From an uncultured Actinomycetota bacterium (lineage in GTDB: Bacteria; Actinomycetota; Acidimicrobiia; Spongiisociales; UBA5794): a stretch of 64,000 nucleotides of DNA. The stretch covers positions 256,549 through 320,548 of the forward strand of contig CAWAUO010000001.1 of assembly GCA_963785245.1 (NCBI GenBank), in the 5' to 3' direction. Of this stretch, positions 48,729-59,462 are shown piece by piece. Under the pieces are notes generated by a model. That model was not told the DNA's origin, did no database searches, and saw only the letters and a program-made list of their open reading frames with translations. Both the position numbers and the translations under genes were made by a program. Positions within the stretch are counted from its first letter, which is position 1. Each line of letters opens with the position of its first letter.

Positions 48729-50663
48729 ATGCCTATCCAACTCACCCTGCCCGACGGCTCCGAGCGGTCCTACGAGGACGGCACAACGGGGTACGACGTC
48801 GCCCATTCGATCGGCGCCGGCCTGGCTCGCGCAGCGGTCGCAGTGTCGGTCAACGGCGAGACGCTCGATCTCGGTCGGCCGATCGACCAGGACGGGTCGT
48901 TCTCGGTGATCACGGAGAACACGGAAGAGGGCCGCGCCGTCCTCCGCCATTCGGCAGCGCATGTCATGGCGCAGGCCGTGCTCGACCTCTACCCGGGAGC
49001 CACGTTCGCGATCGGTCCACCGATCACGGACGGCTTCTACTACGACTTCGATATCGGTCGGCCTTTCACTCCCGAGGATCTGGAGCAGATCGAGGCGCGG
49101 ATGGCCGAGATCATCGAGATCAACCAGAGCTTCGAACGGGAGTACCTCTCGATCGAGGACGCCCTCGAGATGTTCGCGGACCAGCCATTCAAGTCCGAGA
49201 TCATCCGAGGCGTCGACGAAGCCGAAGGTGCCGGGGCGAGCGAGGTCTCGATCTACCGGAACGATGACTTCGTCGACCTTTGTCGCGGACCGCACGTCAC
49301 GTCCACCGGGCGGCTCAAGGCGGTCAAGCTGATGCGGACCTCCGGGGCCTATTGGCGCGGCGACGAGAAGAACCCGCAGCTTCAGCGAATCTACGGAACC
49401 GCCTGGGAGGATCGCAAGACCCTCCGGAAGTACCTCAACCGCCTCGAAGAGGCAGAAAAACGCGACCATCGCCGCCTCGGTGTCGAACTCGATCTCTACT
49501 CGTTCCCGTCGGATCTCGGGAGCGGACTCGCCGTATGGCATCCGAAAGGCGGCCTGCTCCGCAAGGAAGTCGAGGACTACAGCCGCAGGACCCACCTCGC
49601 GCATGGATACGAGTACGTGGTCTCGCCGCACGTAGCGAAAGCGGATCTCTGGAAGACCAGCGGCCACCTGCAGTTCTACGCCGAGGGCATGTACCCGCCG
49701 ATGGAACTCGACGGAGGTCAGCAGTACTACGTCAAGCCGATGAACTGTCCGTTCCACATCCTCATCTACAAGTCGAGGAGCCGGAGCTACCGGGAACTGC
49801 CGTTGCGCCTGTTCGAACTCGGAACCGTCTACCGCTACGAACGGTCGGGCGTTGTGCACGGACTCCTGCGCGCACGGGGATTCACCCAGGACGACAGCCA
49901 CATCTTCACCACCGTCGGGCAGATGGGGGAGGAACTCCAGAGCCTCCTAGATTTCGTCCTCATGGTGCTGCGCGACTTCGGGTTCGACGAATTCGAAGCC
50001 GACCTGTCCACGAGGGATCCCGAGAAGTCGATCGGCTCCGACGAACTGTGGGAACTGGCAGAGTCCTCGCTTGCCAAGGCGCTCGAGACCACGGGCCTGC
50101 CCTATCAGATCGCTCACGGCGAGGGTTCGTTCTACGGGCCGAAGATCGACATCCATGTCAAGGACGCAATCGGTCGACGGTGGCAGCTGTCCACCCTCCA
50201 GTTGGACTTCGCCCAACCAGAGAACTTCAACCTCACCTTCGCCTCGTCCGGAAACGTGCGGGAGCGGCCGGTGATGATCCACCGAGCTCTGCTCGGATCG
50301 GTCGAGCGATTCATTGGCGTGCTCGTGGAGCACTACGCCGGTGCCTTCCCTGCGTGGCTCTCGCCGGTGCAGGCTGCAGTCATCCCTGTGGCGGATCGGC
50401 ATGCGGACTACGCCTTCGAAGTCGCCGACGCGCTCAAGGAGCATGGGATTCGGGTCGATGTCGACGCAGCCGACGAGACCGTTGGGGAGAAGATCCGACG
50501 GGCCATCACCCAGAGGGTGCCGGCAGTCCTCGTTGTCGGTGACAAGGACATCGAAGAAGGCACGGTAGGGCTTCGACTCCGCGAAGATACCGGGGAGCAG
50601 CGAGGGCTGCCGCTCGACGACGTTGTCGCGGATCTCGTCGAACGCTGCGCTCCGCCGCGCTAA
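48729..50663 (+). CDS. thrS: threonine--tRNA ligase
   Basis: 644 aa; TGS N-domain, class II core ...KPMNCPFHILIYKSRSRSYRELPLRLFELGTVYRYERSGVVHGLLRARGFTQDDSHIF. Confidence 0.95.
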   Translation: MPIQLTLPDGSERSYEDGTTGYDVAHSIGAGLARAAVAVSVNGETLDLGRPIDQDGSFSVITENTEEGRAVLRHSAAHVMAQAVLDLYPGATFAIGPPITDGFYYDFDIGRPFTPEDLEQIEARMAEIIEINQSFEREYLSIEDALEMFADQPFKSEIIRGVDEAEGAGASEVSIYRNDDFVDLCRGPHVTSTGRLKAVKLMRTSGAYWRGDEKNPQLQRIYGTAWEDRKTLRKYLNRLEEAEKRDHRRLGVELDLYSFPSDLGSGLAVWHPKGGLLRKEVEDYSRRTHLAHGYEYVVSPHVAKADLWKTSGHLQFYAEGMYPPMELDGGQQYYVKPMNCPFHILIYKSRSRSYRELPLRLFELGTVYRYERSGVVHGLLRARGFTQDDSHIFTTVGQMGEELQSLLDFVLMVLRDFGFDEFEADLSTRDPEKSIGSDELWELAESSLAKALETTGLPYQIAHGEGSFYGPKIDIHVKDAIGRRWQLSTLQLDFAQPENFNLTFASSGNVRERPVMIHRALLGSVERFIGVLVEHYAGAFPAWLSPVQAAVIPVADRHADYAFEVADALKEHGIRVDVDAADETVGEKIRRAITQRVPAVLVVGDKDIEEGTVGLRLREDTGEQRGLPLDDVVADLVERCAPPR

Positions 50664-50714
50664 ATCTGATCGCTCGGTGACTGTTCCGGTCGCCGGTCTT
50701 CTACCAAAGGGAAT

Positions 50715-53438
50715 GTGACTGTGACCAGTTTCGTGAATGCTCTCGCTTGGATTGTTCGTCGCGCGCCGTGGGCGGTCATCATCATCACGATCGCGGTGTC
50801 CCTGATTCTCGGGGCCTTCTCCGGTCAATTCACGCCTTCGGAAGACATGAACGAGAGTTTCGCTCCGGATGCTCCGGAGCTCGCGGCCTCCGAAACGATC
50901 ACGGATCGGTTCGGGGCTGAGACGACCCAGAGCGTGATGCAGGTCATCATCGGGTCCGACGGCGGAGACGTCATCACGCTCGAGGGTCTTGCCACAACGG
51001 CTGCCGTACGAGAAGCCATCGTCTCGGGACCCATGGCCTCCTACCTCGTGATGTCCCCTGAGCAACCGCCCGTCGTCACCTACCTGAGCCCGGTCGAGCA
51101 GGCGATCGCCCTCGGCGCTCCCGCACCGACGACCGACGAAGAGGTGAAGGGGCTCTACGCGATGGCGTACGAGCAGGCGCCGATCGAGCAGCAGGGCTTC
51201 GTCGACGCACTCCTGCCATCAACCGCTGATAGGGCGAGCGTCTCCTCCCCAAGTGGCCTGGTGCTCTCCTTCTCGGTCGCCGATTTCGAAGACCAGGCAT
51301 ACATCGATGCGTCGATCGACACGGCCGAGGCGATCGGCGCTCTGGAGCTACCGGCCGGCTACACCGCTGAGGCCTTCTCATTGGAGATCATCTTCGGTGG
51401 GACCGACGAGTTCCAGAGCGAGATCGGCCGTCTGTTCGCCAGCGCCGGCTTCATCATCCTGTTGGTCCTCACCACCGTGTTCCTCGTCCTTCCCAAGAAG
51501 AAGAAGAACAAGATCATTGCGGGAGTCGGCATCGCAGCCATGCTCGGGGCGATCGTCATGCTGGTGCTCCCGGGTCTCGCGAAGGCATATCCCGATATCT
51601 TCCCGGCGAGTGCCGCAGATTGGGCAACCGGGACGCTCCTGATCGGTGCGCTCTCGGTGTTCGCTCTCGTGTTCGCCGTCTGGTCGTTCTCGACGGGCCG
51701 TCTGCGCAGAACCGTCGCCGACACGTTGATCACCATGGCCGGAATCGGGTTCGCCGTCTCGATCATGAACGGATTCGGCTACCTGATCTACGGGGAAGCC
51801 GGCCCGATGAGCCAGATTCTCCCGATCCTGTTGATCGGGCTTGGTGTCGACTACTCGATCCATGTGACGTCGCGCTACCGCGAGGATGTGTCGGGGGGTG
51901 ATCCCGTCCCGACGGCCGTCACCGTCGCCATCAGGACGGTGGGTGTCGCACTCGTTCTTGCCACGATCACGACGGCAATCGGGTTCCTCACCAACTTGCT
52001 CAACGACATTCCGGCCCTTCGCGAGTTCGGTGTGCTGGCCGCGATCGGAATCACCGCATCGTTCTTCATCATGCTCACGTTCGTCCCGGCCGTCCGACTG
52101 CTGCTCGACACGAGGGGCGAGCGGAGAGGGACATTGGATCGCGACGCACTCAGGGGCGGGGACGCCCGTTTGCTGCCACGCCTCGCAGGCAAGACGTCCT
52201 GGTTGGCGAAGCATGCGGCCATTCCAACGCTCATCGTGGCACTCGTGCTCGGCGTCCTCGGTGCCGTCGGTACGAGCCGGCTCGAGGCGAGCTTCAGCTT
52301 CATCGACTTCGTGCCGGTCACCTCTCCGTACCGCGTGACGTTCGAGACGCTGCTCGACGAGTACGGCGGCGGCTTCGGCGAAGAGACCCAGGTGCTGCTC
52401 GAAGGCGGCGTCGCGACACCGGCCGGGTTCAACGGCATGGTGGATTCGACCACGAACCTCACGTCGGTCGAGAACGTCGTGCAGTACGGGGCGTTCCCCG
52501 CTGCTGAATCACCGGTGGCGTTGGTCCTCCAGTTGGCAGATCCAGAGTCGCCCACGTTCAATCCCGCGGTTGCCCAGGCGGCCGGAGCGGCCGGGATGAC
52601 CGCAACGAGCTTGAAGGTGTCCGAGTCGACAGACGTGGAAGCCCTCTACGGGGCGGTGTTCGCCGCCGATCCAACGGCGGCCGCTGCCGTGATCCACGTT
52701 GACGACGCCGGTGACTATTCATCGGCCCTGTTCGTCGTCCAGACCCAGGCCGGAGAAGCGGCTGCAGGACAACTCCAGGACGACATGGAGGTTGCGTTCG
52801 CCCCCATGGAAGCGGCAGGAGTGAGCACGGTCGTCACATCGACGGCGATCATCTCGGAAGTCATCATCAACACGCTCCAGACGTCGCAGCTCTCGTCGCT
52901 GATGTACACGCTGATCGCGGTGCTGATCCTGCTGGTCGGCTACTACTGGTACGAGGTTCGTCGACCGATGCTCGGTGCGATCACCACGCTGCCGGTGGTG
53001 CTCGTGGTCCTGCTGTCCTTCGGGATCATGTGGGCAGCCGGGATTCCGTTTGGACCGATCACGGCAACCGTTGCTGCGCTCGCTGTCGGCATCGGTATCC
53101 CGTACATGGTCCACGTGACGCATCGCTACGAGGAAGACCGCATCCGCAACGACAACGAGAACGATGCGATCGAATCGACGCTGACCCACACGGGCGGTGC
53201 CCTTGCGGGATCTGCGATGACCACGATCTTCGGCTTCGGCATCCTGATGACGTCGACGACGATCCCGTTCCGTCAGTTCGGACTCGTCACGGCGTACACG
53301 ATCCTGCTGTCGCTGCTCGCAGCGATGCTGGTGTTGCCGTCGATGCTCGTGGTGTGGGATCGCTGGCACCGCAACCGCGGTGAAGCGACACTCGATCCCG
53401 AACTGGTCGAGAGGGCCCTTGGAGAGACTCCCGCGTGA
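50715..53438 (+). CDS. MMPL/RND-superfamily membrane transporter
   Basis: 907 aa; two 6-TM bundles with large periplasmic loops; GVDYSIHV and GIGIPYMVHV motifs. Confidence 0.85.
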   Translation: MTVTSFVNALAWIVRRAPWAVIIITIAVSLILGAFSGQFTPSEDMNESFAPDAPELAASETITDRFGAETTQSVMQVIIGSDGGDVITLEGLATTAAVREAIVSGPMASYLVMSPEQPPVVTYLSPVEQAIALGAPAPTTDEEVKGLYAMAYEQAPIEQQGFVDALLPSTADRASVSSPSGLVLSFSVADFEDQAYIDASIDTAEAIGALELPAGYTAEAFSLEIIFGGTDEFQSEIGRLFASAGFIILLVLTTVFLVLPKKKKNKIIAGVGIAAMLGAIVMLVLPGLAKAYPDIFPASAADWATGTLLIGALSVFALVFAVWSFSTGRLRRTVADTLITMAGIGFAVSIMNGFGYLIYGEAGPMSQILPILLIGLGVDYSIHVTSRYREDVSGGDPVPTAVTVAIRTVGVALVLATITTAIGFLTNLLNDIPALREFGVLAAIGITASFFIMLTFVPAVRLLLDTRGERRGTLDRDALRGGDARLLPRLAGKTSWLAKHAAIPTLIVALVLGVLGAVGTSRLEASFSFIDFVPVTSPYRVTFETLLDEYGGGFGEETQVLLEGGVATPAGFNGMVDSTTNLTSVENVVQYGAFPAAESPVALVLQLADPESPTFNPAVAQAAGAAGMTATSLKVSESTDVEALYGAVFAADPTAAAAVIHVDDAGDYSSALFVVQTQAGEAAAGQLQDDMEVAFAPMEAAGVSTVVTSTAIISEVIINTLQTSQLSSLMYTLIAVLILLVGYYWYEVRRPMLGAITTLPVVLVVLLSFGIMWAAGIPFGPITATVAALAVGIGIPYMVHVTHRYEEDRIRNDNENDAIESTLTHTGGALAGSAMTTIFGFGILMTSTTIPFRQFGLVTAYTILLSLLAAMLVLPSMLVVWDRWHRNRGEATLDPELVERALGETPA

Positions 53439-53947
53439 GCCAAGACCGTCGTTCGATCGAGATCCCGGCCGAGGTCGCGGCAACGGCTGCCGTCCCCGAG
53501 GATCTCGACTCGAACGTCGTCGACGAGTATCACGTCCCAAACACGAACCGCAGGCGGCGCGCGGCGTTCGCCTACCTCGTCGGAGCCGCCGCCGTTGCCG
53601 TCTTGATCGCACTCGGCGCGCTACCGGTCACAATGCTGTGGACTGCTGTGGCCGTCCTTGTCATCGTCGGTGGCTACCACTTGATCGCGGGCTGGAACCT
53701 CGAGGTCCGAGAAGGTGAAGCGCTCGAGATCGCGAACCGCACCGTCGCGTTCGCCGTTGGCCATGCGTCGGCGTCGCTCGGGTTCACGGGGTGGCGAGCG
53801 AGGCCCGTGTGGAACGTTCTTGTGTTCAGCGCGGACGAACCGCCCTCAGAACGCGGCCTTGTGCGAATCGACGGAATCGACGGGACCGTCGTCGATCACT
53901 ACAGCGAACCGGTGCCGGAACCCGAGCAGATCACCAACACCGAATAG
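53435..53947 (+). CDS. hypothetical membrane protein; start overlaps the MMPL stop
   Basis: GTG start at 53435; two predicted TM helices (AFAYLVGAAAVAVLIALGALPVTMLWTAVAVLVIVGG). Confidence 0.45.
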   Translation: MSQDRRSIEIPAEVAATAAVPEDLDSNVVDEYHVPNTNRRRRAAFAYLVGAAAVAVLIALGALPVTMLWTAVAVLVIVGGYHLIAGWNLEVREGEALEIANRTVAFAVGHASASLGFTGWRARPVWNVLVFSADEPPSERGLVRIDGIDGTVVDHYSEPVPEPEQITNTE

Positions 53948-53971
53948 CAGGAAGCCCCGGGACTGACCTGC

Positions 53972-55266
53972 CTAGCGCTCCGAGATCGGGAGGTACGGCT
54001 TGTCGATCTCGCCGATGTAGATCTGCCGGGGGCGCATGATGCGGGTCTCGGGATCTTCCGTCATCTCCTTCCACTGCGCCATCCACCCGGGCACACGCCC
54101 GATCGCAAACAGCACCGTGAACATCCGGGTCGGGAACTTGAGGGCTCGGAAGATGAGGCCCGAGTAGAAGTCGACGTTTGGATAGAGCTTGCGCTCGGCG
54201 AAGTAGTCGTCCTCCAAGGCTGCCTGCTCGAGTTCCTTCGCGACATCGAGCAGTGGATCGGTGATGCCCATCTTCCCGAGGACCTCATCGGCGTAGCTGC
54301 GAAGGACGCGTGCGCGCGCGGGTCGTAGTTCTTGTAGACCCGGTGTCCGAATCCCATGAGGCGGAACGGGTCGTTGGGATCCTTCGCTCGCTCGATCATG
54401 GATTTCGCCGAAGCGTTCGGGTCATCGACGATCGACCGCAGCATCTCGATCACTCGCTGGTTCGCCCCACCATGGAGCGGGCCCCAGAGTGCATCGATCC
54501 CGGCAGAGACCGAGGCGAAGAGATTCGCCTGGCTCGATCCGACGCCGCGAACGGTCGCGGTCGAGCAGTTCTGTTCGTGGTCGGCATGGAGGATGAGGAG
54601 GACGTTGAGTGCCTTCGCGAGGACCGGATCGATCTCTTCCTGCTGAACCGGGAGGTGGAACATCATGTGAATGAAGTTCTCGACGTAGTCGAGATCGTTG
54701 CGCGGATAGCAGTAGGGCATCCCGGTCGACTTCTTGTAGGCCCATGCCGCGATCGTCGGCATCTTCGCAATCAACCGGAGGGCGCTCTCATGGAACATGT
54801 CCTCGTCGGTGGGGTCATAGAATTCCTCGTAGAACGTCGAGATCGCGTTCGTGGCCGATGACAGGATCGCCATCGGGTGAGCGCTCTTCGGGAAGGCGTC
54901 GAAGAACCGCTTCATCTCTTCGTTGAGCAGCGTGTGATGGCGGACCGAGTCCTCCCAAGTATCCAGTTCAGTCCTGGTCGGGAGCTTCTTGAAGAGCAGG
55001 AGGTACGCCACTTCGAGGAACGTCGCATTCGCCGCGAGATCCTCGATCGAGTACCCGCGGTGCTGGAGCACCCCGTTGCTTCCATCGATGTAGGTGATGG
55101 ATGAACGGGCCCCCGCGGTGTTGGCGAAGCCGGGGTCGAACGTGACCGCACCGCTCGTATTGCGGAACGTCGCGATGTTCACGCCCGGGTTGCCGATGGT
55201 CGGCTCTACGACGGGGAGTTCGAACTCGGCTCCGTCGAAACTCAGTTGGGCGTGGCGGTCGGGCAT
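53972..55266 (-). CDS. gltA: citrate synthase, apparent frameshift in a (CG)n tract near 54295-54310
   Basis: ORF 54061..55308 matches citrate synthase up to ...[14 protein letters not shown]. The conserved C-terminus (..[27 protein letters not shown]...) continues in ORF 53972..54271 in another frame. The junction is GACCCGCGCGCGCACGCG. Confidence 0.75.
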
Positions 55267-55391
55267 TGTTTCACTTCCTTCTGTTCGCCGGCGGCACCGG
55301 GTGGCCATGGACGTCGCTTGGGACGTACCATTGTACCGGCAGACGGCAGTCGAAGGAGCTGTGCTACCTTCGCTGCGGTGAAAGGCACCGA

Positions 55392-55980
55392 ATGATCGAC
55401 CTCAAAGCGCGCAAGAAGGCAGCCCCGATCCTCCGACCTATCGCGCGCGTACTGGCCAAGACCGGCGTCACACCGACGATGGTCACCGTGCTCGGTCTGG
55501 CGATCACGGTTGTCGGTGCGGCGCTCATCGCGAACGGCATGCTCTGGCAGGGAGGCCTGACGGCAGCGTTTGGTGTGCTGCTTGATGCCCTCGATGGTCC
55601 GTTGGCCGCGATACAAGGGGACCTCTTCCGACCGGGGCGCGTTCATCGACACGATGTCCGATCGTTTCGGCGAGGTCGCCGTGTGGGTCGGTCTCGGGGT
55701 CTATCTCAGGAACGACTCGGTCGGGTTGATGCTCTGCCTGGTTGCGATGGCTTTCTCGCTCCTCATCCCGTATGTCCGTGCCAAGGCCGAGTCGTGGGGG
55801 GCAGAGGGCCGCGGTGGATGGATGGGTCGTGCGGAGCGTATGCTGCTTTGCCTCATCGGTGTCATCCTCGCCGGCTTTGGACTCGACGTTCTCGAGCCGA
55901 TGCTCTGGATCTTCGTCGTGCTGACCGGTCTCACGGTGGTGCAACGCACCCGCCGCACCTTGCAGCAACTGCCAGGGTGA
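55392..55980 (+). CDS. pgsA: CDP-alcohol phosphatidyltransferase (phosphatidylinositol synthase-like), apparent +1 frameshift near 55600-55610
   Basis: MIDLKARKKAAPILRPIARVLAKTGVTPTMVTV...LLDALDGPLA in the 55266 frame, then RYKGTSSDRGAFIDTMSDRFGE... (the CDP-OH-P motif D-G-x2-A-R...G...D...D) in ORF 55570..55980. The junction is TTGGCCGCGATAC. Confidence 0.65.
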
Positions 55981-56876
55981 AGGGTCTTCCCGGCTACCTC
56001 CTGTATCGGGCTCTCTCCGGGCTCTTCGGATTGCTCCCGGCGCGCGCCGTGCGCAGCACCGGGCGCGGCGTCGGATTCGGCCTGTCGTTCGTCGCAGGCA
56101 AACGGATGGAACTGCTCCGACGGCACATGCGTCGGGTCCTGGGTACTGATCCAACCGATGAGCAGGTCACCAATGCCGCGCGTGAGATGTTCGCCTCGTA
56201 CGGGCGCTACTGGGCGGAGGTCTTCTGGTTCCGTCCGCGGCGTCGACGGTGGATGCTCGACAAGGCAACGACCACCGGACTCGATGACGTCTACGCCGCG
56301 CAACAGACCGGGCGCGGCGTGGTCTTGGTGTCACCGCACATGGGCAACTACGAGGTGGCCGGAGCCGTCGCGGAGGAGTTGAACCTTCGGGTTCTGTCGG
56401 TGGCAGAGGATCTTCCGAACGCTCGGATCACCGACTGGTTCGTCAGGACCCGTGCGGCGTTCGGCATCGATATCCTCATCCACGGCCGAGGCTCGGTCAT
56501 GGGTGGACTCGCTACCGCCCTGAAGGGAGGGCAGGTCGTGGCTCTGGTCGCCGATCGCGATGTGACCGGGCGCGGCGTGGAGGTCGAGTTCTTCGGTGAG
56601 GTGACGACGATGCCGGCAGGGCCGTTCTCGCTGGTGGAGTTGACGGGATCGGCGCTGTTCCCGGTCGGCTGCTATTTCGACGGAGCCGGGTACCGCTTCG
56701 AGGTGCATCCCGAACTGCCGCTCCCCGACGCCGATGGACGTTCGGAACGCATCCGGCTCGGTACCCAGGCACTTGCACGAGAGTTCGAAACCATCATTCG
56801 GAAGAAGCCCACCGACTGGCACCTCTTCCAACCGAACTGGCCATCAGATGCGGTGCTGCGGGACGCATCGGAATGA
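55977..56876 (+). CDS. lysophospholipid (lauroyl/myristoyl, HtrB/LpxL-type) acyltransferase; PIM acyltransferase PatA-like
   Basis: VLVSPHMGNYEVAGAV (HX4D-equivalent region of the LPLAT family). GTGA overlap with pgsA; in the conserved position between pgsA and pimA. Confidence 0.7.
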   Translation: MKGLPGYLLYRALSGLFGLLPARAVRSTGRGVGFGLSFVAGKRMELLRRHMRRVLGTDPTDEQVTNAAREMFASYGRYWAEVFWFRPRRRRWMLDKATTTGLDDVYAAQQTGRGVVLVSPHMGNYEVAGAVAEELNLRVLSVAEDLPNARITDWFVRTRAAFGIDILIHGRGSVMGGLATALKGGQVVALVADRDVTGRGVEVEFFGEVTTMPAGPFSLVELTGSALFPVGCYFDGAGYRFEVHPELPLPDADGRSERIRLGTQALAREFETIIRKKPTDWHLFQPNWPSDAVLRDASE

Positions 56877-57919
56877 GAATCGGGCTTGTATCACCATACG
56901 ACCTCGGGCGAGCCGGAGGAGTCCAGGATCAGGTCATCCGCCTCGCGGGATGGCTTGCGGATGCGGGGCACGATCCGGTGATCGTCGGACCGGGGATTGA
57001 GGGCCCGGACGGTGCCATCCTCCTCGGGCCCACGACGACGATCACTGCGAACCGGGCACAAACACCGATCCGGCTCGACCCTCGCGTCGGGCGAAGGCTC
57101 AAGGCCGCGCTCGGCCAGGTCGACGTGCTACACGTTCACGAACCGCTGATGCCGGCCGTGTCGACGGCGGCCATGCGGCTCAAGGGTCCCGCCAAAGTGG
57201 CGACCTTTCATGCCGATCCGCCGGTGTGGGCACGACGCCTCTATCGCTACGGGCGGTCGGGAGTGCGAGCCGTGCTTCGCGACGCCTCAGTCGTGACGGT
57301 GACGAGTCCGATCTCGGGCAGTTCGATCGAAGGGATCGTCAACTACCGCGTTGTGCCGAACGGCATCGACGTTGCGGACTACGAGAAGAGGCCGAAGGAT
57401 CCGATGAGCGTGGCGTTCCTCGGGCGTGATGATGAACGCAAGGGCCTCTCGGTGCTCCTTGCAGCGTGGCCCGCGGTGCGTGCAGCCGTTCCGAATGCCC
57501 ACCTCACGGTGATGGGCGCCGATCGGGGCGATTCGGGTGACGGCGTTGGATATCTCGGCTGGGTCGACGACGCTGCAAAGCGGTTGGCGCTGTCGACGGC
57601 AACGGTGTTCTGCGCCCCGAATCTCGGAGGCGAGAGTTTCGGGATCACCCTTGCCGAGGCGATGGCCGCGGGGTGTGCGGTCGTTGCCTCAGCGATTCCG
57701 GCGTTCGAGCATGTCGCTGGACCGAGCGCCCGCTTCTGTGACCCCGGAGATGTCGGATGCTTGGCACGCGAACTCGCAGATCTTCTCACCGACCAGGTCG
57801 CGGCGCAGCGTCTCGGACGGGATGCTGCCGAGCGGGTCATGCAGTTCGATGGGGCGACCGTCGCGGCCCAGTTCGTTTCCGCGTACGAAGAGGCGATCGA
57901 GCGGCACACCGGTCGGTGA
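56873..57919 (+). CDS. pimA: GT4 glycosyltransferase, phosphatidylinositol alpha-mannosyltransferase PimA-like
   Basis: MRIGLVSPYDLGRAGGVQDQV... N-terminus, C-terminal GT4 E-x7-E region (SFGITLAEAMAAGCAVVAS); synteny. Confidence 0.75.
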   Translation: MRIGLVSPYDLGRAGGVQDQVIRLAGWLADAGHDPVIVGPGIEGPDGAILLGPTTTITANRAQTPIRLDPRVGRRLKAALGQVDVLHVHEPLMPAVSTAAMRLKGPAKVATFHADPPVWARRLYRYGRSGVRAVLRDASVVTVTSPISGSSIEGIVNYRVVPNGIDVADYEKRPKDPMSVAFLGRDDERKGLSVLLAAWPAVRAAVPNAHLTVMGADRGDSGDGVGYLGWVDDAAKRLALSTATVFCAPNLGGESFGITLAEAMAAGCAVVASAIPAFEHVAGPSARFCDPGDVGCLARELADLLTDQVAAQRLGRDAAERVMQFDGATVAAQFVSAYEEAIERHTGR

Positions 57920-57982
57920 GCCCCCGGTTCTACAGGGTCGTGCGTCGGTACACTTGAGGGACCGAAGACCGAGGAGAACACC

Positions 57983-58873
57983 GTGGACACGACATCGGAA
58001 CGCGGCACGGATCGCGTCAAACGCGGGCTTGCCGAGATGCTCAAGGGTGGCGTCATCATGGACGTCGTCAATGCCGAGCAGGCCAAGATCGCTGAAGAGG
58101 CCGGCGCCGTCTCCGTGATGGCCCTGGAGCGTGTCCCCGCCGACATTCGGGCACTCGGTGGCGTGGCCCGCATGGCCGATCCGGCCAAGGTGGAGGAGAT
58201 CGTCAACGCGGTCTCCATTCCGGTGATGGCGAAGGCGCGGATCGGGCACTTCGTCGAGGCACGGGTCCTCGAGTCTCTCGGTGTCGACTACATCGACGAG
58301 TCGGAAGTTCTCACGCCGGTTGATGAGTACCACGTCGACAAGCGGGCGTTCACCGTTCCATTCGTCAACGGAGCAAAAGATCTCGGGGAAGCTCTGCGTC
58401 GTATCGGCGAGGGCGCAGCGATGATTCGGACCAAGGGAGAGCCCGGCACCGGAAACGTCGTCGAGGCCGTCCGTCACATGCGGCTGATGACCAGTCAGAT
58501 CCGCTGGCTCACGACCCTGGGCCCGGACGAGCTCATGAACGCGGCCAAAGATCTACGGGCCCCGATCGAGTTGGTGCGAGAGGTTGCCGAGACCGGGAGA
58601 CTGCCGGTCGTCAACTTCGCGGCCGGTGGCATCGCTACTCCGTCCGATGCGGCGTTGATGATGCAACTCGGATGCGACGGGATCTTCGTCGGCTCAGGCG
58701 TGTTCAAGTCGGATGACCCCGACGTGCGAGCACGCGCAATCGTCGAAGCGACGACGTTCTACCAGGACGCCGCCAAGATCGCTGAAGTCTCCAAGAATCT
58801 CGGTGAGGCGATGGTCGGCATCAACATCGACACCATGGCCACCGAGGACCGGATGCAAGACCGGGGCGACTGA
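57983..58873 (+). CDS. pdxS: pyridoxal 5'-phosphate synthase lyase subunit PdxS
   Basis: [46 protein letters not shown]... highly conserved. Confidence 0.95.
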   Translation: MDTTSERGTDRVKRGLAEMLKGGVIMDVVNAEQAKIAEEAGAVSVMALERVPADIRALGGVARMADPAKVEEIVNAVSIPVMAKARIGHFVEARVLESLGVDYIDESEVLTPVDEYHVDKRAFTVPFVNGAKDLGEALRRIGEGAAMIRTKGEPGTGNVVEAVRHMRLMTSQIRWLTTLGPDELMNAAKDLRAPIELVREVAETGRLPVVNFAAGGIATPSDAALMMQLGCDGIFVGSGVFKSDDPDVRARAIVEATTFYQDAAKIAEVSKNLGEAMVGINIDTMATEDRMQDRGD

Positions 58874-58874
58874 C

Positions 58875-59462
58875 GTGAGGATCGGTGCGCTCGCCCTCCA
58901 GGGCGACTTCCGTGAGCATCTGATCGTCGTCGACCGTCTCGGGCACACCGGCGTCGAAGTCAGAACGCCGGAGGAACTTGCGTCCGTCGAGGCACTGATC
59001 ATTCCCGGCGGCGAGTCGACCACGATCGGTCGCCTGGCAACGATCTACGGCCTCATCAACCCGATCCGGCAGCGCGTCGCGGACGGCATGCCCGTCCTGG
59101 GGACCTGCGCCGGCATGATCTTCCTTGCATCGGCCACCACCGGTCCAGATCAGCCTCAACTCGGGGTGCTCGACGTCGTCGTCGAGCGGAACGCTTTCGG
59201 CCGGCAGGTTGACTCGTTCGAGGTTGACGTGAATGTGTCCGGCCTCGACGATCCGATGCGTGCCGTCTTCATCCGAGCCCCGTGGATCGAGAAGGTCGGA
59301 GCCGATGTCGAGACGCTCGCTACGGTCGAAGACCCGGGCGGCGGAGGAGCGCACCCCGTTGTCGTCCGACAGGACCGTATCCTTGCCACATCATTTCACC
59401 CTGAGTTGACGGACGACGACCGTCTTCACACCATGCTGATCGAGATCGCCGAGGAGCGCTGA
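58875..59462 (+). CDS. pdxT: pyridoxal 5'-phosphate synthase glutaminase subunit PdxT
   Basis: VRIGALALQGDFREH...LIIPGGESTTIGRL...GTCAGMIFLA (catalytic Cys). Confidence 0.9.
   Translation: MRIGALALQGDFREHLIVVDRLGHTGVEVRTPEELASVEALIIPGGESTTIGRLATIYGLINPIRQRVADGMPVLGTCAGMIFLASATTGPDQPQLGVLDVVVERNAFGRQVDSFEVDVNVSGLDDPMRAVFIRAPWIEKVGADVETLATVEDPGGGGAHPVVVRQDRILATSFHPELTDDDRLHTMLIEIAEER

Noticed and set aside
48447-49901. 484-aa minus-strand ORF
   Set aside because: Antisense shadow of thrS (high-GC open frame); no domain-like sequence.
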